A stretch of 39,776 nt of DNA from a virus. Its lineage: Duplodnaviria > Caudoviricetes. Both the position numbers and the translations under genes were made by a program. A model generated the notes under the pieces. It saw only the letters and a list, made by a program, of their open reading frames with translations. It did no database searches and was not told where the DNA came from. The stretch covers positions 1 through 39,776 of IMG/VR virus record IMGVR_UViG_3300020042_009560. The stretch is one strand, 5' to 3'. Shown here one piece after another: positions 38,901 to 39,776 of this stretch. Each line of letters opens with the position of its first letter. The stretch's first letter is position 1.

Positions 38901-39774
38901 TTGTTGTAATAGAAGAAGTTACAGCAAAAGAGCTACTTATAGCATATGAGGCACTTATTGCTTGAGAGGCACTTATAGCATATGATGCTGTACCAAATAA
39001 TGATCCTGTAAGTCCGTTATGAAACGTGGCCGCTCCCGAAACATTTAAAGGGCCTGTTAACATATTAACAGTACCGTATAAAGTTTGAAAATCATCTACC
39101 GCATCACCTAACTGGTTTGAACCAGAGGAATACTCGGTTTGATTTACAATCAAAGTATTGATTGAGGCCGTACCTAGGACTGTTACGTTTCCTGTGATAA
39201 GGGCGTTTGAGGAAGTTAAAGTGGTTGCTATTAAAGAACCTGTTACTGTTAGGTCACCTGTAAAGTTTCCTGAACCGGAAACGTTTAATTTGTATCCTGG
39301 GTCTGTGGTAGTTCCTATTAATAAGTTTTTCCCTAAACTAAAACGAGCTACTTCGGAAGTGCTGTTTGTAACACTTGCAGAGGCTGTAACATTAGTAATA
39401 TTAAATGAAATGTATCCGTTAATTCCATCACCTGATCCTGCAGAGGCTCCTGAGGAAAGAATTAAATTTCCTCCTCCTCTATTACTTGAGATAGCATTTC
39501 CTCCTCTTACAGTTAATGTCGAAATAGCTGCGGTTACTTGATCTGTTATTATAAATAGAGATTGAGTATCAGCTGCTAGCTTAGATCCTATATTCCAGTT
39601 GCTGTTGAATGTTGTAAGTCCTGTATTAGAAGTTATGCCAAAGTACTGAATAGAGGATCCTTCATTATGTACACTAAAAACATTATCTGCTCCACCAGTA
39701 GAAGCTACTACTCTTAAAGATTGTCCTCCTGTAGAACTTAAGCCAAAAATACCTCTGTTCATAAAAGATGTTCC
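32911..39774 (-). CDS. Giant fibre/adhesin with YadA-head-like 17-aa repeats (probably 5'-truncated by window edge)
   Basis: At least 2283 aa; about 100 NTTGxxNTAVGxxALxx repeats; frame stays open upstream of ATG 39762 (GGA ACA TCT TTT ATG) to the window end. Confidence 0.85.
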   Translation of the reverse strand, partial: GTSFMNRGIFGLSSTGGQSLRVVASTGGADNVFSVHNEGSSIQYFGITSNTGLTTFNSNWNIGSKLAADTQSLFIITDQVTAAISTLTVRGGNAISSNRGGGNLILSSGASAGSGDGINGYISFNITNVTASASVTNSTSEVARFSLGKNLLIGTTTDPGYKLNVSGSGNFTGDLTVTGSLIATTLTSSNALITGNVTVLGTASINTLIVNQTEYSSGSNQLGDAVDDFQTLYGTVNMLTGPLNVSGAATFHNGLTGSLFGTASYAISASQAISASYAISSSFAVTSSITTTASFALTASYVNPLTQSVLVSGLVTTTADSIFTGVCVGTGGGNVGSNTRVGAGALSSNTYGCNNTAVGINALSSNTSGFANTAVGVNSLCANTYGIRNTAIGYQSLKNNTSTSNNTAVGYIALQANNGGTNNTALGVNALRSNTTGCDNTALGSLALDCNTTGINNTAVGRCALRNNTTGGNNTAVGNRSLALNTSGNNTGLGNYALRNNTVGTSNTAVGNFALCCNTTGINNTAVGDEALKNNTIGTGNVALGMDALYANTTAVKNTAVGSFALLSTTTGACNTALGYNTLRCNTTGFFNTAVGYRALCSNTTATRNTAIGQGALQCNTIGSTNTAVGNYALRLNTTGANNTAIGASALQLNTIGDNNTALGNNALCANTTGTDSVAVGNNALRANTTGVRNVAVGFEALRANTIGINNTAVGTLALCVNTTGINNTAVGTCALRNNTTGTNNVAVGVLTLSGNTTGIHNIGLGTCALCKNTEGNRNIAIGLFAMYSNTTGTNNVAVGMGALQNNTTGTGNVGVGCNAASATGGATNNTAIGFNALAANTTNFRTAVGYRALSSNTTGAGNDAFGARALQNNTTGASNTAVGYYSLGFNTTGNCNIAFGTLALEYNTTGNSNIGVGACALRRNTFGNNNIGIGSSALCANTTGDNNVAIGYKALCLNTIGNCNTAIGISSLRNNTEGTNNVAVGNNALFCNTTGTYNTAVGISALSNNTTGQGNTALGGNTLQNNTTGVCNTAVGRGALFTNTIGVCNVALGTNALRANTTGGCNTALGTQALISNTTGLRNTAVGSNALQSNTTGTDNIAVGTNALLCNTGGTNNTALGCGALRYNTSGGSNTAAGSKALYCNTTGCYNVALGSFALRANTTGTCNTSLGFCALACNTIGYRNTAVGYRALVLNTTGAFNTAVGWAALRNNTTGIRNVAVGSYALRGNTVSGNTAVGFYALCTNTTGASNTAIGYCSLILNTTGNSNTALGFRTLQNNTEGLRNTVVGACSLFKNTTGRHNTAVGYYTLVCNTTGISNTAIGHYALLFNTASSNTAVGARALCANTTGTSNTAVGYLSLLANTTGYRNTALGVRTLQSNTAGINNIGIGSDALRDNTTGGSNISIGSGANIYNTTGAANITIGTSTLRGNTTGSNNIAIGFYSMRFSSASSNVAVGVSSLTANTIGTGLTAIGTSALSCNTTGINNTAVGFQALQLNTTGTNNTSLGYNTLRCNTTGANNVAVGNNSLRYNTSGINNIGIGSDALQRNTSGTYNIAIGCSALFYNSSGGGNTAIGRATLRLNTTGADNIAVGTFSLGVNTTGRRNLSLGVQSLTGNTTGYYNVGLGAQTLLQNVTGNCNTAVGVKALFNNLVDNNVAVGFRSLYNNTTGVSNTAVGTCTLKNNTTGTNNTAVGYIALACNTTGAGNTAIGLCALRANTIGIYNSAIGRSALVSNTTGAFNNAVGASSLALNTIGRFNTAMGNSALAANVSGDNNVAIGGESLRYNTVSNNVAIGYSALRLNTTGLCNTAVGTQALQSNTTGGYNTALGTCALFNNTTGGSNTAVGSSSLKANTVGTQNVAFGLYSLLANTTGADNTAIGTRSLVSNTTGCKNTAVGSSALANNTTGLYNNALGFSALRYNTTGARNIAIGSNALRANLTGTNNTAVGFYSLRLNTVSNNTAVGSQSLRCNTTGTNNTALGLAALYANTTGQNNIAVGNASLQCNTVGYNNTSVGYKALFLNTTGFANTALGFCALRANINSSNNVALGAYSLISNTGGQNIAVGRSALTNNTSGANSTALGHGSLGYNTTGACNIAIGINSGRCITTGNCNVILGSATANGFGTQNNNIFIADGAGNIRIFVTGSNGFVGVNTTTPQYQLDVSGSGNFTGNLTVSGSINFSSASLSTITTSSLATGSTLIYGVDTGSYTAGFFDYYVTSGSNYRAGNIMSVWGSGSVKFTDLATPDIGSTSNLQFSMSLSASSAQLFASASSAGWTVKTTFRTI
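33420..38780. repeat. 51-bp-period coding repeat array (17 aa, occasional 16 aa units)
   Basis: Recurring plus-strand cctgttgtatt / aaagc / acagctgtatt elements; about 105 units estimated from length. Confidence 0.92.
38872..38991. repeat. 18-bp-period coding repeat, (S/T)AS(Y/F/Q)A hexapeptides
   Basis: TASYAISASQAISASYAISSSFAVTSSITTTASFALTASY. Confidence 0.75.
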
Positions 39775-39776
39775 AC

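Noticed and set aside
33353-39541. Plus-strand ORFs with PTAVL/PVVL repeats
   Set aside because: Antisense shadows of the NTAVG repeat gene
39760-39762. ATG 39762 as true start of the giant fibre
   Set aside because: Frame is open to the window edge with coding-like sequence and no A-rich leader; likely an internal Met
1-39776. Stop-codon reassignment as in some Bacteroidota phages
   Set aside because: Genes tile the window under the standard code with TAA/TGA stops; no fragmented genes needing read-through

Overview
AT-rich segment of a large contractile-tailed (myovirus-type) dsDNA phage genome, probably infecting Bacteroidota (A-rich, Shine-Dalgarno-free start regions; host is inferred). 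All real genes lie on the minus strand and are densely packed. In transcription order (right to left): a >2,280-aa YadA-head-like (NTAVG) repeat fibre cut by the window edge; an 850-aa modular fibre; a small protein; a 2,237-aa Pro-free (Gly-Thr-Ser)n collagen-like fibre with a C-terminal peptidase-S74 chaperone; a putative tip protein; an 8-gene glycan-modification cassette (five glycosyltransferase genes, two methyltransferases, one sulfotransferase); then a fibre-like protein, tail sheath, tail tube, a tail-assembly chaperone pair joined by a probable +1 frameshift, tape measure, baseplate genes (hub with M23 peptidase) and the start of a probable family A DNA polymerase. The largest glycosyltransferase carries a TibC/AAH-like protein O-heptosyltransferase domain with its four-Cys iron finger. 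Best candidate for a novel system: a phage-encoded pathway that glycosylates, methylates and sulfates its own giant Ser/Thr-rich virion fibres. A recurring ATATTTAT(A) motif precedes ten genes and is a likely late promoter. All family assignments are from motif recognition by eye; no database searches were run.
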